Assembly: GCA_050259635.1 (NCBI GenBank)
Contig: JBLNBA010000002.1
Location: 154,906-218,905 of the forward strand
Origin: Bacillota bacterium
Lineage (GTDB): Bacteria > Patescibacteriota > Patescibacteriia > Patescibacteriales > UBA12465
DNA: 64,000 bases
Reading direction: 5' to 3'
This document shows, piece after piece, positions 1 through 8,869 of this stretch. Position 1 is the first letter of the stretch. Each line of letters starts with the position of its first letter. Below the pieces are notes generated by a model, which was given only the letters and a program-made list of their open reading frames with translations, did not search any database and had not been told where the DNA came from. The translations under genes and the position numbers were made by a program.

Positions 1-29
1 GCAGACCGCGTTTAAAACCATTATTTGAT

Positions 30-55
30 AAAAAGGGCTAATATAAGCCCTTTTT
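30..55. terminator. Bidirectional intrinsic terminator
   Basis: AAAAAGGGCT-loop-AGCCCTTTTT hairpin with A and T tracts on either side. Confidence 0.7.
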
Positions 56-67
56 GTTGTATTAGTA

Positions 68-95
68 TTGACAAATGTGATAATTGTGTTATTAT
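68..95 (+). promoter_or_regulatory. Sigma70 promoter of the 176..1204 unit
   Basis: TTGACA (68-73), 16 nt spacer, TG-n-TATTAT (90-95). Confidence 0.65.
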
Positions 96-114
96 TCAAT
101 ATTCCTTAACAAAC

Positions 115-169
115 AGGTTTAATTGGTTTTCCCAGACTATGCGTTAGCCTGAGAAAACCAATTAAACCT
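115..169 (+). repeat. Perfect 17-bp inverted repeat / long leader hairpin
   Basis: AGGTTTAATTGGTTTTC (115-131) and GAAAACCAATTAAACCT (153-169), with extra pairing inside the loop. Confidence 0.9.
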
Positions 170-175
170 TATAAC

Positions 176-1204
176 ATGAACGACAATAGAGTATTTGTAG
201 GAATGAAATGCTTATTAATGCAGCTTCTAACTGCTGGTTTTCCCTTAGCTATTATACTTTCATATCTCGGAATCAGCTCTTCGACTCTTAATACCTATAT
301 TAAGAAATTAAGAGCCTCTGGAGAGTGGGAGGGACAGGTCATCTCATTTCTGCGCAGCATTCCGGCTGTCGTAAGAACTTACGAGCAGCTACGGAGAAAC
401 AAAATCTCCCTCGAAGGCATTGACGCTGTTAAGCTGAGAACCTCCATAGAAACTGCCCTACAGTTTCCTAGGATTATTGGAATCCTAGATATCTCTTTCA
501 GGGGCCTCTTGAATTTGACTACCGTTGCCTGTTCCAAGGATGTTCCCAAAGAGTATCATGATTTCCTTAACCAGGTATTCTTGCGAGAAGGGTTATGGAT
601 GAACAGATACAGCCCTCGGGATATCAAGATAAAGCTAATTGCTCATCTTTCTTCGAAAGAAGAAATTAAGCCTGGTGCTACTAATGACACCTGGTTTATT
701 CCAACCGTTGATGATATCATCACTGAACGTATCGCAGACATGCGGGAGCTTGTTGGTCCATACTTTGATGCTAAAGTCTTAGAACACGTTGATTACCTTC
801 TGTCTCAACTGACAACAAGGGAAGCCGAGGTGCTTAAATATTATTTCGGCATCTGTGGCTGTCCTAAAACTTCTCTCGAACAGATAGCCCCGAAGTTCGA
901 TCTTACTGACGAGCGAACACGGCAGATCAAAGAGAAGGCTCTTAGAAGGAGTAGGGCTCGCAAAGATATCCTTTTACACCCCTTGCCCCAGCCGGCCCCG
1001 GCGATAGAATTGCCGCATTCAACTCCGTTAGAATCCTTAGGATTAACTGTCAGAGTAATGAATGCTCTTGCTCAATTGGAAGTTAAGACTGTCGAGGAGC
1101 TTATCGTCCATCGTGATTCACTTCTCGCCTATAGAAATATGGGCATGAAAAGTAAGCAGGAAATTGATGAGGCTCTCAACAAGTTTCTGCATCCACAGAC
1201 ATAG
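176..1204 (+). CDS. Fusion protein: N-terminal HTH, sigma70 region 4, RNA polymerase alpha C-terminal domain
   Basis: LTTREAEVLKYYFG...SLEQIAPKFDLTDERTRQIKEKALRR matches sigma r4; PLESLGLTVRVMNAL...LLAYRNMGMKSKQEI matches alpha-CTD; YLGISSSTLNTYIKKL is HTH-like. Confidence 0.8.
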   Translation: MNDNRVFVGMKCLLMQLLTAGFPLAIILSYLGISSSTLNTYIKKLRASGEWEGQVISFLRSIPAVVRTYEQLRRNKISLEGIDAVKLRTSIETALQFPRIIGILDISFRGLLNLTTVACSKDVPKEYHDFLNQVFLREGLWMNRYSPRDIKIKLIAHLSSKEEIKPGATNDTWFIPTVDDIITERIADMRELVGPYFDAKVLEHVDYLLSQLTTREAEVLKYYFGICGCPKTSLEQIAPKFDLTDERTRQIKEKALRRSRARKDILLHPLPQPAPAIELPHSTPLESLGLTVRVMNALAQLEVKTVEELIVHRDSLLAYRNMGMKSKQEIDEALNKFLHPQT

Positions 1205-1221
1205 AAGACATTGGTCTTCAT

Positions 1222-1252
1222 AAAAGCCATCTTTCAAAGATGGCCTTTTTTT
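1222..1252. terminator. Intrinsic terminator between convergent genes
   Basis: GCCATCTTT/AAAGATGGC stem followed by a T tract. Confidence 0.75.
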
Positions 1253-1269
1253 GTCTGTCAGATAATTTA

Positions 1270-3153
1270 TTACCTCTCGTATTTGAAGAAGTGCAAATCT
1301 CCCTGTCCTATCCGTTGCCAGGAATCGGCGCTGAGCTTGGCTTCGGCGATTATCTTATCACTTGCCCACCAGTATCTGTTGACCACCAAGAAGGCTTGGT
1401 CCACGCCGGCGGCATCCATGGCCTGGACCATAGTTTCTTTTTCGGCTTTCTCATAAACCATCTTCAGATAATACTGGTAAAGCTCGCCGCCGGTAGGAAT
1501 GGGATAGAAATACATTTGCCCTTCTTTGAGATAACGGTTGTGGAATCCCAGTTCTTTTAGGGCGGCAGCACTCACTTGTTGGTTGGCTAAGACGATATAG
1601 GGTTTACCGGCGGCGTTTCTTTCAATATCTAACACCGCCTCGATGTCGGAAGCGGAGGTCGAGTATCCTCTTGAATTATGGTAGTTATCGAACCGGGGGT
1701 AGGAGGCATAAACGGCTAGGACCAATAAGGAAGAAATACCAATTGCAGCAATTAAGCGTACCGGTTTGCTTTGTCTTCCCACTCTTTTGCTCGCTTCTCT
1801 AAGAAGTTCCCAGAAGAGAGGCAGGGAAATAGCTAGGGCAATAATAGGAAGGCGCGCGGCATAATCGCCCTGTTCATAAGCAATCAAGCCTTCGATCCGG
1901 AATCCGCGGCTGATCAAATAAGCACAGAGGGCAGCCAGGGAAATTACCGCCAGGGTAGCTGCGCGTTCTTTGAGGCGGCTTTCTTTTTCCGGCCAGAGAT
2001 TATGGCGGCAAAAAAAGATGCCGAGCGCAGCCAGCAAGATAATCCAGAAATGGTTCGTTATGAACAAATATGCCAGATCAAGAAGATATGTTTCCTGGTT
2101 AGGCAGGGAGGGCATGAGAAGATTGAGATCAAAACTTTGGAAATGCAGGGTGCCAAATCCGGAGATCAGCCAAATCAGGAAAGAGAAAGCAAGGAAGCTG
2201 GCTATGAAGAGGATCGCCGGTTTGAATAAGATTTTTGGCAGCTTCTTTTTTTTCCCGAGGATTGCCAGACAAAGAATTACGGCCGGGACTCCCGCCAGAG
2301 GATGGATGGCGAAAGCGGCAGCGGCTGTTACCAGAGGAAGGACGGCAGGAGCGCCCGCATAAAGGAAAATAGAGACGGCTATCAGGAGCAGGTAGGAAAA
2401 ATTCTGGGGGGTCGTCATGATGAAGGGTGAGAAACTCAAAAAGAAGAGAAGGAGAGCCCCTAACCACCCGGCGGAGCTATGCCCGCGGCTGCGGTTGAGA
2501 TATGAAAAAAGGAAGGGGAGCGAAAAAGCGCTTAAAATGGGAAGGAGCCAGCGATTAAGCGTGCCTAAGGGCAGGCCAAGCCTAACCAGGGCAGTAATGA
2601 GAGCGTATTGCCCTAGATAATAGGGAGTCTTAGGTTGGATCACGCCATATCTGACGATTTCTTCCATAGCGGCCTGATGGATGAAAGGATCGTAGCCGTA
2701 ACCGATGGAAAATATAATGGCAGCTAGCGAGAAGGAACTGATTAGAAAGGGGATCATGGCTGCAGCTTTATAAGGAAAAGAAGCCTTAGAGCTTAGGGCA
2801 AAAACCAGAGATAAAGCGGAAGCGCCGAGGGAGGCTAAAAGCCAGGGGTTGGCAACGGTCCAAGGAGAGATGATCGCTTGGGAGGTAGCTGAGTTTGAGG
2901 CGATTATCAAGGATATAGCTGCGAAGGCGATTGTGCTAACCGACCAAATCCAATAGGGGCGTTCCGGACGGGGATATTTTTCCGTCTCGGTCTTCAAATG
3001 AGCTTTCAGGCCTAAAAAGAGGACGATGGTAATTGCCAGACTGGCTAAAAGGCCGACGGCATTCAGGGAATATACGAAATATACCAAGGCGCCTGCAAAA
3101 AGGAAGACCATGAGGAAGAGCCAAATTAAAGATGGAAGTCTGTTATGGCGCAT
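1270..3153 (-). CDS. Polytopic membrane protein, GT-C-fold glycosyltransferase-like
   Basis: Many TM segments, GYDPFIH loop motif, soluble C-terminal domain. Confidence 0.55.
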   Translation of the reverse strand: MRHNRLPSLIWLFLMVFLFAGALVYFVYSLNAVGLLASLAITIVLFLGLKAHLKTETEKYPRPERPYWIWSVSTIAFAAISLIIASNSATSQAIISPWTVANPWLLASLGASALSLVFALSSKASFPYKAAAMIPFLISSFSLAAIIFSIGYGYDPFIHQAAMEEIVRYGVIQPKTPYYLGQYALITALVRLGLPLGTLNRWLLPILSAFSLPFLFSYLNRSRGHSSAGWLGALLLFFLSFSPFIMTTPQNFSYLLLIAVSIFLYAGAPAVLPLVTAAAAFAIHPLAGVPAVILCLAILGKKKKLPKILFKPAILFIASFLAFSFLIWLISGFGTLHFQSFDLNLLMPSLPNQETYLLDLAYLFITNHFWIILLAALGIFFCRHNLWPEKESRLKERAATLAVISLAALCAYLISRGFRIEGLIAYEQGDYAARLPIIALAISLPLFWELLREASKRVGRQSKPVRLIAAIGISSLLVLAVYASYPRFDNYHNSRGYSTSASDIEAVLDIERNAAGKPYIVLANQQVSAAALKELGFHNRYLKEGQMYFYPIPTGGELYQYYLKMVYEKAEKETMVQAMDAAGVDQAFLVVNRYWWASDKIIAEAKLSADSWQRIGQGDLHFFKYER

Positions 3154-3234
3154 ATATCCTTATAATAGCAAATTCTTGCTTAATCGGACAATTTTGGTTA
3201 CTATATGGATAAGAGCATTATTGCGCTTATATTT

Positions 3235-5028
3235 ATGAAATTTTCCTATCTTTGGCAAAAAAGGCACTATTTTTTTCTAATCCTTCTGGCTTTGGGCTTT
3301 TTTTTGGCAACTTCACTATATAACCTTGCCACTCAAGAATCCGGTTATGTAAAGTTCCTTTCTCCTGATGAGACGGCGAACTACTTTTTTGCCCGCCAAT
3401 ATGCAGAAACGGGGAAGATATCGACTTTTGAACCAGCCAACCTCATTGCCGAAGAGGTAGTGCATCCGCGGAGCATCCGCAGTGATCACGGGATATTGAA
3501 GCCCGTTAGCTTCCTGGGTATTATCCTGGTATACGGGAAGATCGGCGCTTTAGCGGGGACGACTGTAATCCCATATATCACTCCATTATTAGCGGCGATC
3601 GGATTATTGTTTTTTTATGGTTTCGTGCGGCGCCTTTTCGGCCGGAAAACGGCGCTTTATTCCGCCGCGCTTCTAGCTTGTTTCCCTGTATACTTTTTCT
3701 ATACGACGAGGAGCATGTTCCATAATATCCTTTTTATTTTCTTCCTATTAGGCGCCTCCTATTTCTTCCTTCGAGCCATACCGCTAAAGTCCGAAGAAAA
3801 GCGCCCTTTCATTTCCTTCAAGATAACGGGGAAGCAGGCGGTCACTTGGTTTTTTTCAGTGGCGGCCGGATTGTTTGTCGGCGGAGCAATCGGGGCGCGC
3901 GCGTCCGAATTACTTTGGCTGGCTCCGACTCTGTTTATCGCTTGGGTTTCTTTCGCTAAGCGGATCGGGATAACGCGTCTGGTGTTGATGGTGGCGGGGA
4001 TGATTATCGCTTTGCTCCCGGTCTTCTATTGGAACCAGATATTATACTCCTCTCCTTTCTACGGCGGTTATGGAGAAATGAACCGATCCATTAGCGAACT
4101 TTCCCAAGCAGGCGGAAGCCTGATCCAGTCTACCGTCCATGGTAATTTTTCCCAATACCGGGCGGTCGGGCAGGCCTTAATCGATAACATCTTTTATTTT
4201 GGCTATCAGCCTTACCAATCTTTACGGATGTTTTATTACTATGTCGTCGCTATGTTCCCTCTTTTTTGCGGCCTGGTATTCATTGGCGGGGTGATCTTCC
4301 TTATCCGCTTAAGACGCCGGTCTCTCCGGCCGGCTTTGGTGTATCTGTCTTGTTGGCTCACTTTATCCCTTATCCTCGTCTTTTATTACGGTAGCTGGAA
4401 GTTCAATGATAATCCTGATCCGAGCCGGTTTACTATCGGTAATTCGTATACGAGATATTGGCTGCCGATGTATATTATGGCCATCCCTTTTGCTGCTTTG
4501 GCCTTGGAAAGCGTGGGGCGCTGGCTTGGGACTCTCATTCCTAAGGAGCCGGCTTTGCTATGGAAAGAACGATCCAGGAAAATGATCATGGTTTCTGTTT
4601 CGGCTATGGCTACCGCTTCCGTCTGCTTCCTTTTCTTGATGTATACTGTTTTCGGTTCGGAGGAAGGCTTGGCTAATCTTTATTACAATCATTTTATAGA
4701 CAAGGAGAATGCCGAGGCTATCCTTTCTCGTACTCCTGACAATGCGATTATCATGACACAGTATCATGACAAGCAATTATTCCCTGAAAGGAAGGTTATC
4801 AATGCGCTTTTAACTAACGAACAAATTAATATCAGCGTTGGGCGGATACTGGAACATTATCCGATCTATTATTTTAATTTCGCCTTCCCCGAAAAGGATT
4901 ATCTTTACCTTAAAGAACGGCGTTTGCCGACCTATGGATTCACCTTTGAACTCTTGGAACGCCGTGGCCGTTTTGGGTTGTATGAATTAAAGCCAGCGGA
5001 AGCCGGACAAGTTTCTTATGAAAGATAG
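3235..5028 (+). CDS. ArnT/PMT (GT39-like) membrane glycosyltransferase
   Basis: SPDETANY acidic motif after TM1, many TMs, YTRYWLP motif; start placed at ATG 3235 (frame open from 3205). Confidence 0.65.
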   Translation: MKFSYLWQKRHYFFLILLALGFFLATSLYNLATQESGYVKFLSPDETANYFFARQYAETGKISTFEPANLIAEEVVHPRSIRSDHGILKPVSFLGIILVYGKIGALAGTTVIPYITPLLAAIGLLFFYGFVRRLFGRKTALYSAALLACFPVYFFYTTRSMFHNILFIFFLLGASYFFLRAIPLKSEEKRPFISFKITGKQAVTWFFSVAAGLFVGGAIGARASELLWLAPTLFIAWVSFAKRIGITRLVLMVAGMIIALLPVFYWNQILYSSPFYGGYGEMNRSISELSQAGGSLIQSTVHGNFSQYRAVGQALIDNIFYFGYQPYQSLRMFYYYVVAMFPLFCGLVFIGGVIFLIRLRRRSLRPALVYLSCWLTLSLILVFYYGSWKFNDNPDPSRFTIGNSYTRYWLPMYIMAIPFAALALESVGRWLGTLIPKEPALLWKERSRKMIMVSVSAMATASVCFLFLMYTVFGSEEGLANLYYNHFIDKENAEAILSRTPDNAIIMTQYHDKQLFPERKVINALLTNEQINISVGRILEHYPIYYFNFAFPEKDYLYLKERRLPTYGFTFELLERRGRFGLYELKPAEAGQVSYER

Positions 5029-6322
5029 CTATCACATCATAACGATCGGCTGCCAGATGAATAAGGCGGACAGCGAGCGCATAGCCGCTTTTTTGTCGTC
5101 CGCGGGTTACAAAGAACAGAAGGGTTGGATCGGCGCTAAATTGGTAGTCCTTACTACCTGCGGCATCAGGCAATCCGCGGAGGACCGGGTCTATGGCTTG
5201 GTTAACCATATCAGGCAAAATAATCCTAGCGCAAAAATAGTCATTACCGGCTGCTTAGCCAAGCGCCAGGACGTCATGCGCCGCCTCAAAGGCAAGGTTG
5301 ATCTATTTTTGCCCATTAATGAGCTGCCTCTTCTGTTAGAAAAATTAGCGGGGAAAGAAGATGTCCAGGGCTTGGAAAAGGCCAGGGAAATGGCCGGTGA
5401 AAAGTATCTTCTCATTGAACCTGAATATGAGAGTGCATTCAGTGCCTATCTTCCTATCGGGAATGGCTGCAATAATTTCTGTTCATATTGCGTTGTGCCT
5501 TATGCGCGAGGGCGGGAAGTGTATCGCCCCGCTACCCATATATTGGCGGAGGCAAAATCATTGGTGGAGAGAGGCTATAGGGAAATTATCCTCATTGCTC
5601 AGAATGTTAATAGCTATAAGAGCGGCTGTACGGATTTTCCCTTGCTCCTGCAGAAGCTAGTGAAAATAAAAGGAGATTTTTGGATCCGTTTTTCTTCGAG
5701 CCACCCAAAGGACCTTTCACCTGAGCTGATTAAAACTCTGGGGACCTCGGATAAGATCTGCCATCATCTCCATGTGGCCGTGCAGTCCGGAGATGACGCC
5801 GTCCTTAAAGCTATGAATCGGCAGTACACAGCCGCCCGCTTTAAGGAGCTAATCGCGGCCATCAGGAAGGCTAAACCGGGGATAGCCGTGACCACGGATG
5901 CAATCGTCGGTTTTCCCGGGGAGACTTTGGCTCAGTTCAAGAATACCGCCAGGCTTTTCAGGGAGATGGATTTCGATATGGCGTATACCGCACAGTTCAG
6001 TCCTCGCCCGGGGACGGCTGCTTGGAAGATGAAAGATAACGTCAGTCGCGATGAGAAGAAAAGACGCGAGAGAGTCCTTAATGCCATCCTTGCCAAGAGC
6101 GGGAAGAAGATAAACAAAACATATCTGGGCAAGAAAATTCGTGTCCTGACGGAAGGGAAGAATTCTAAGGGAAAATATTACGGCAAGAGTTCCACTTTCA
6201 AGACGGTTGTTTTCAAGGCGGAAGGCATTAGGCCCGAAGAAATTATCGGCTCTTTCGTTAAAGTGGGTATAGGCAAGATAAATGATTTCGGTTTAGAAGG
6301 AAAATATGAAGGCAAGGACTGA
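5018..6322 (+). CDS. miaB: tRNA-2-methylthio-N6-dimethylallyladenosine synthase
   Basis: GCQMNKADSE, TCGIR, CNNFCSYC radical SAM motif, VGFPGET, FSPRPGT, TRAM-like end; adjacent to miaA. Confidence 0.9.
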   Translation: MKDSYHIITIGCQMNKADSERIAAFLSSAGYKEQKGWIGAKLVVLTTCGIRQSAEDRVYGLVNHIRQNNPSAKIVITGCLAKRQDVMRRLKGKVDLFLPINELPLLLEKLAGKEDVQGLEKAREMAGEKYLLIEPEYESAFSAYLPIGNGCNNFCSYCVVPYARGREVYRPATHILAEAKSLVERGYREIILIAQNVNSYKSGCTDFPLLLQKLVKIKGDFWIRFSSSHPKDLSPELIKTLGTSDKICHHLHVAVQSGDDAVLKAMNRQYTAARFKELIAAIRKAKPGIAVTTDAIVGFPGETLAQFKNTARLFREMDFDMAYTAQFSPRPGTAAWKMKDNVSRDEKKRRERVLNAILAKSGKKINKTYLGKKIRVLTEGKNSKGKYYGKSSTFKTVVFKAEGIRPEEIIGSFVKVGIGKINDFGLEGKYEGKD

Positions 6323-7244
6323 CAAGATTAAAGCAGTCGTAATTCTCGGCCCGACTGCCTCCGGAAAGACTGCTTTAGCGGTCCGTTTGGCGCGGGCTTA
6401 TAATGGCGAAGTGGTTTCGGCTGATAGCCGGCAGGTATATCGTGGCATGGATATTGGCACGGGAAAAGATTTGGATGAATACGCAAAAAGCGGTGAACCG
6501 GTGGGACACCATCTTATCGATGTCGTGGGCCCGATGGAAGAATTTAATCTGGCAAAATATCAAAAGCTGGCGTGGGAAGCGATCCAAGATATACATCGAC
6601 GGGGTAAATTACCGATTATTGCCGGCGGGGCGGGCCTGTATCTGCAGGCCATAGTGGATGGGTATGAACTTAGCGAGGGAGGACCGGATAAGGGAAAAAG
6701 AGCGGAGTTGGAGTCTTTAGGGAAGGATGAACTGTTTTCCAGGCTCCATGGCCTAAAACCGGAGTTTGCAGATAAACTCAATAATAGCGACCGTAATAAC
6801 CCTAGGCGATTAGTGAGGTACCTTGAGATCTTTTCTACGGATGCTAAGCCCGCTGGCAAGAAAACACCCGACGCGGACTTTTTACTGATTGGCCTTGACG
6901 TGGATGATGGAGAAATGAGGGAAAGGATACGTTCGAGGATACTCCGCCGCCTAGAAGAGGAGGACATGGCAGGGGAAGTAGACCGGTTGCATGATGCCGG
7001 GGTGGATTGGAAAAGACTGGCTTCGTTTGGGTTGGAATATCGCTTCATCTCATATTATCTGACCGGAAAGCTAGAATACGATGAGATGGTCGAGAAGCTC
7101 TCGGATGCCTCATACCGTTTCGGCAAGCGCCAGAAAACTTGGTTCCGTCGCTGGGAGAAGCAGGGAAGAAAGATATGGTGGGCAAAGAGCCAGGACGAGG
7201 CGGAGAGAATGACAAGGGAATGGTTAATGAATAGGACATCTTAA
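6306..7244 (+). CDS. miaA: tRNA dimethylallyltransferase
   Basis: GPTASGKT, SADSRQVYRGMDIGTGK, KRQKTWF. Confidence 0.95.
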   Translation: MKARTDKIKAVVILGPTASGKTALAVRLARAYNGEVVSADSRQVYRGMDIGTGKDLDEYAKSGEPVGHHLIDVVGPMEEFNLAKYQKLAWEAIQDIHRRGKLPIIAGGAGLYLQAIVDGYELSEGGPDKGKRAELESLGKDELFSRLHGLKPEFADKLNNSDRNNPRRLVRYLEIFSTDAKPAGKKTPDADFLLIGLDVDDGEMRERIRSRILRRLEEEDMAGEVDRLHDAGVDWKRLASFGLEYRFISYYLTGKLEYDEMVEKLSDASYRFGKRQKTWFRRWEKQGRKIWWAKSQDEAERMTREWLMNRTS

Positions 7245-7273
7245 TATTTATTGCCCTAGATGGATGTCAATAT

Positions 7274-7304
7274 AAAAAGCACCTTTTTTGTAAGGTGCTT
7301 TTTT
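7274..7304. terminator. Bidirectional terminator between miaA and gatB
   Basis: AAAAAGCACCTT...AAGGTGCTTTTTT. Confidence 0.8.
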
Positions 7305-7322
7305 ACGGAAAACAAATAATAT

Positions 7323-8831
7323 TTACTTCATCAGCAATTTTTCCAACAGGTCTCTTACCTTTTCCGGATTAGCTTTTCCTTTGGTTTCCGCCATAGCTTT
7401 ACCGACGAAGAATTGGATTAAAGGAGTTTTGCCATCGCGGTATTCTTGTGCTTGCCTGGGGTTCGCTCCGATAACGGCGCGGATCGCCTTCTCTAGTTCT
7501 TCCTCGTTATCCATCTGTTCCAGGCCTAATTTAGCCATGATATCCGTGGGGTCACCGCCTTCCGAATACATGATTTCCATGATACGCTGACCCGCGCTGG
7601 AGTTTACCTTGTTCTGCCAGATCAGAGCCATGAGTTCCGCAAAGTTCTCGGCGGTCATCTTGAGATCCTCCACTTTCTTCTTGTCGGCATTGAGATTTTT
7701 CAGGAGTTCGCCGCTTATCCAATTGGCGGCCATCTGCGAGGCGTTTTTGTCCTGTCGCTCAAAGTCATCGCCGTTCGCCTCGATCCAAGCGCCCATTTCG
7801 GATACGACGTTCTCAAAGAAACCGGCAAGATCCTTGTCGTTGGCAATCACTTCCGCAGTGTCTTCCCGCAGGGCGTACTGGCGGACGAAACGTTTTGTCT
7901 TGGCGGTTGGTAATTCCACTAACATAGTTTTTATTTGGTTAATCCATTCATCGTTTATTTGGATCGGAGGGATGTCCGGTTCGGGGAAATAGCGGTAGTC
8001 TGCGGCTGTCTCTTTGCGGCGCTGGGCGATAGTGATGTTTTTCTTGTCATCCCAACCCCTGGTTTCCGGGATGATTTCTTCTCCCTTTTCCAGAGCCTCG
8101 GTTTGACGGTTAATTTCGTGGTTGATGGCTTTTTCCACTGCTCGGAAAGAGTTGAGGTTCTTCACTTCCACCTTAGCGTTGAGCTTCATCCCTTTTTCCG
8201 GGTAGACCAGTCCGCCCGATATCTTATAGGCACCCTCTTCTTGAACGCTAATGTTGGCTTCACAGCGCATTTCTCCCTTTTCCATATCGGCGCCGCTAAC
8301 GCCTAGGAAGCGCAGGACGCGCTGATAGGATTGGCAAAAGCGCTTGGCTTCCTCGGCGCTGGTAATGACCGGGTCCGTCACTAGCTCTACGAGCGGAGTC
8401 CCGGCACGGTTGAAGTCTATGAGGGTATCGTTACTGCCAGCCCGATGGAAGGATTTTCCCGTGTCTTCTTCCAGATGTATGCGGGTAATGTCTATTTCCC
8501 GGCCGCCAATATCCAACTTCCCGCCTCGGCAGAAAGGCTGGTCGTATTGAGAAATCTGATACCCTTTTGGAAGATCGGGATAGAAGTAGTTCTTCCGGTC
8601 GAATTTTGAATCACGGGCGATATCGCTACCTAAGGCCAGGCCGATGAGAATGGTCCAGTCTATCGCTTTCTTATTTGGTACGGGAAGGGTGCCGGGATGG
8701 CCTAAGCAGATGGGGCATACCAAGGTGTTGGGCGCTTTGCCCTCGCTGTTATTTCCGCAGGAGCAGAACATTTTGCTTTCGGTCTTCAGTTCAGCATGGA
8801 TTTCGAGTCCGATAATGGCTTTATACTTCAT
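7323..8831 (-). CDS. gatB: Asp/Glu-tRNA amidotransferase subunit B
   Basis: IGLEIHAEL, FDRKNYFYPDLPKGYQISQ, RIHLEED, DYRYFPEPD. Confidence 0.97.
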   Translation of the reverse strand: MKYKAIIGLEIHAELKTESKMFCSCGNNSEGKAPNTLVCPICLGHPGTLPVPNKKAIDWTILIGLALGSDIARDSKFDRKNYFYPDLPKGYQISQYDQPFCRGGKLDIGGREIDITRIHLEEDTGKSFHRAGSNDTLIDFNRAGTPLVELVTDPVITSAEEAKRFCQSYQRVLRFLGVSGADMEKGEMRCEANISVQEEGAYKISGGLVYPEKGMKLNAKVEVKNLNSFRAVEKAINHEINRQTEALEKGEEIIPETRGWDDKKNITIAQRRKETAADYRYFPEPDIPPIQINDEWINQIKTMLVELPTAKTKRFVRQYALREDTAEVIANDKDLAGFFENVVSEMGAWIEANGDDFERQDKNASQMAANWISGELLKNLNADKKKVEDLKMTAENFAELMALIWQNKVNSSAGQRIMEIMYSEGGDPTDIMAKLGLEQMDNEEELEKAIRAVIGANPRQAQEYRDGKTPLIQFFVGKAMAETKGKANPEKVRDLLEKLLMK

Positions 8832-8869
8832 ATGCTTATATTTTAACGGAAAGTACGCCCTAAGGAAAG

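Noticed and set aside
7221-7270. Minus-strand TTGACA and ATTCATTAACC (leader-like) pointing into the miaA 3' end
   Set aside because: No -10 at proper spacing and no credible ORF; could be a remnant but unsupported
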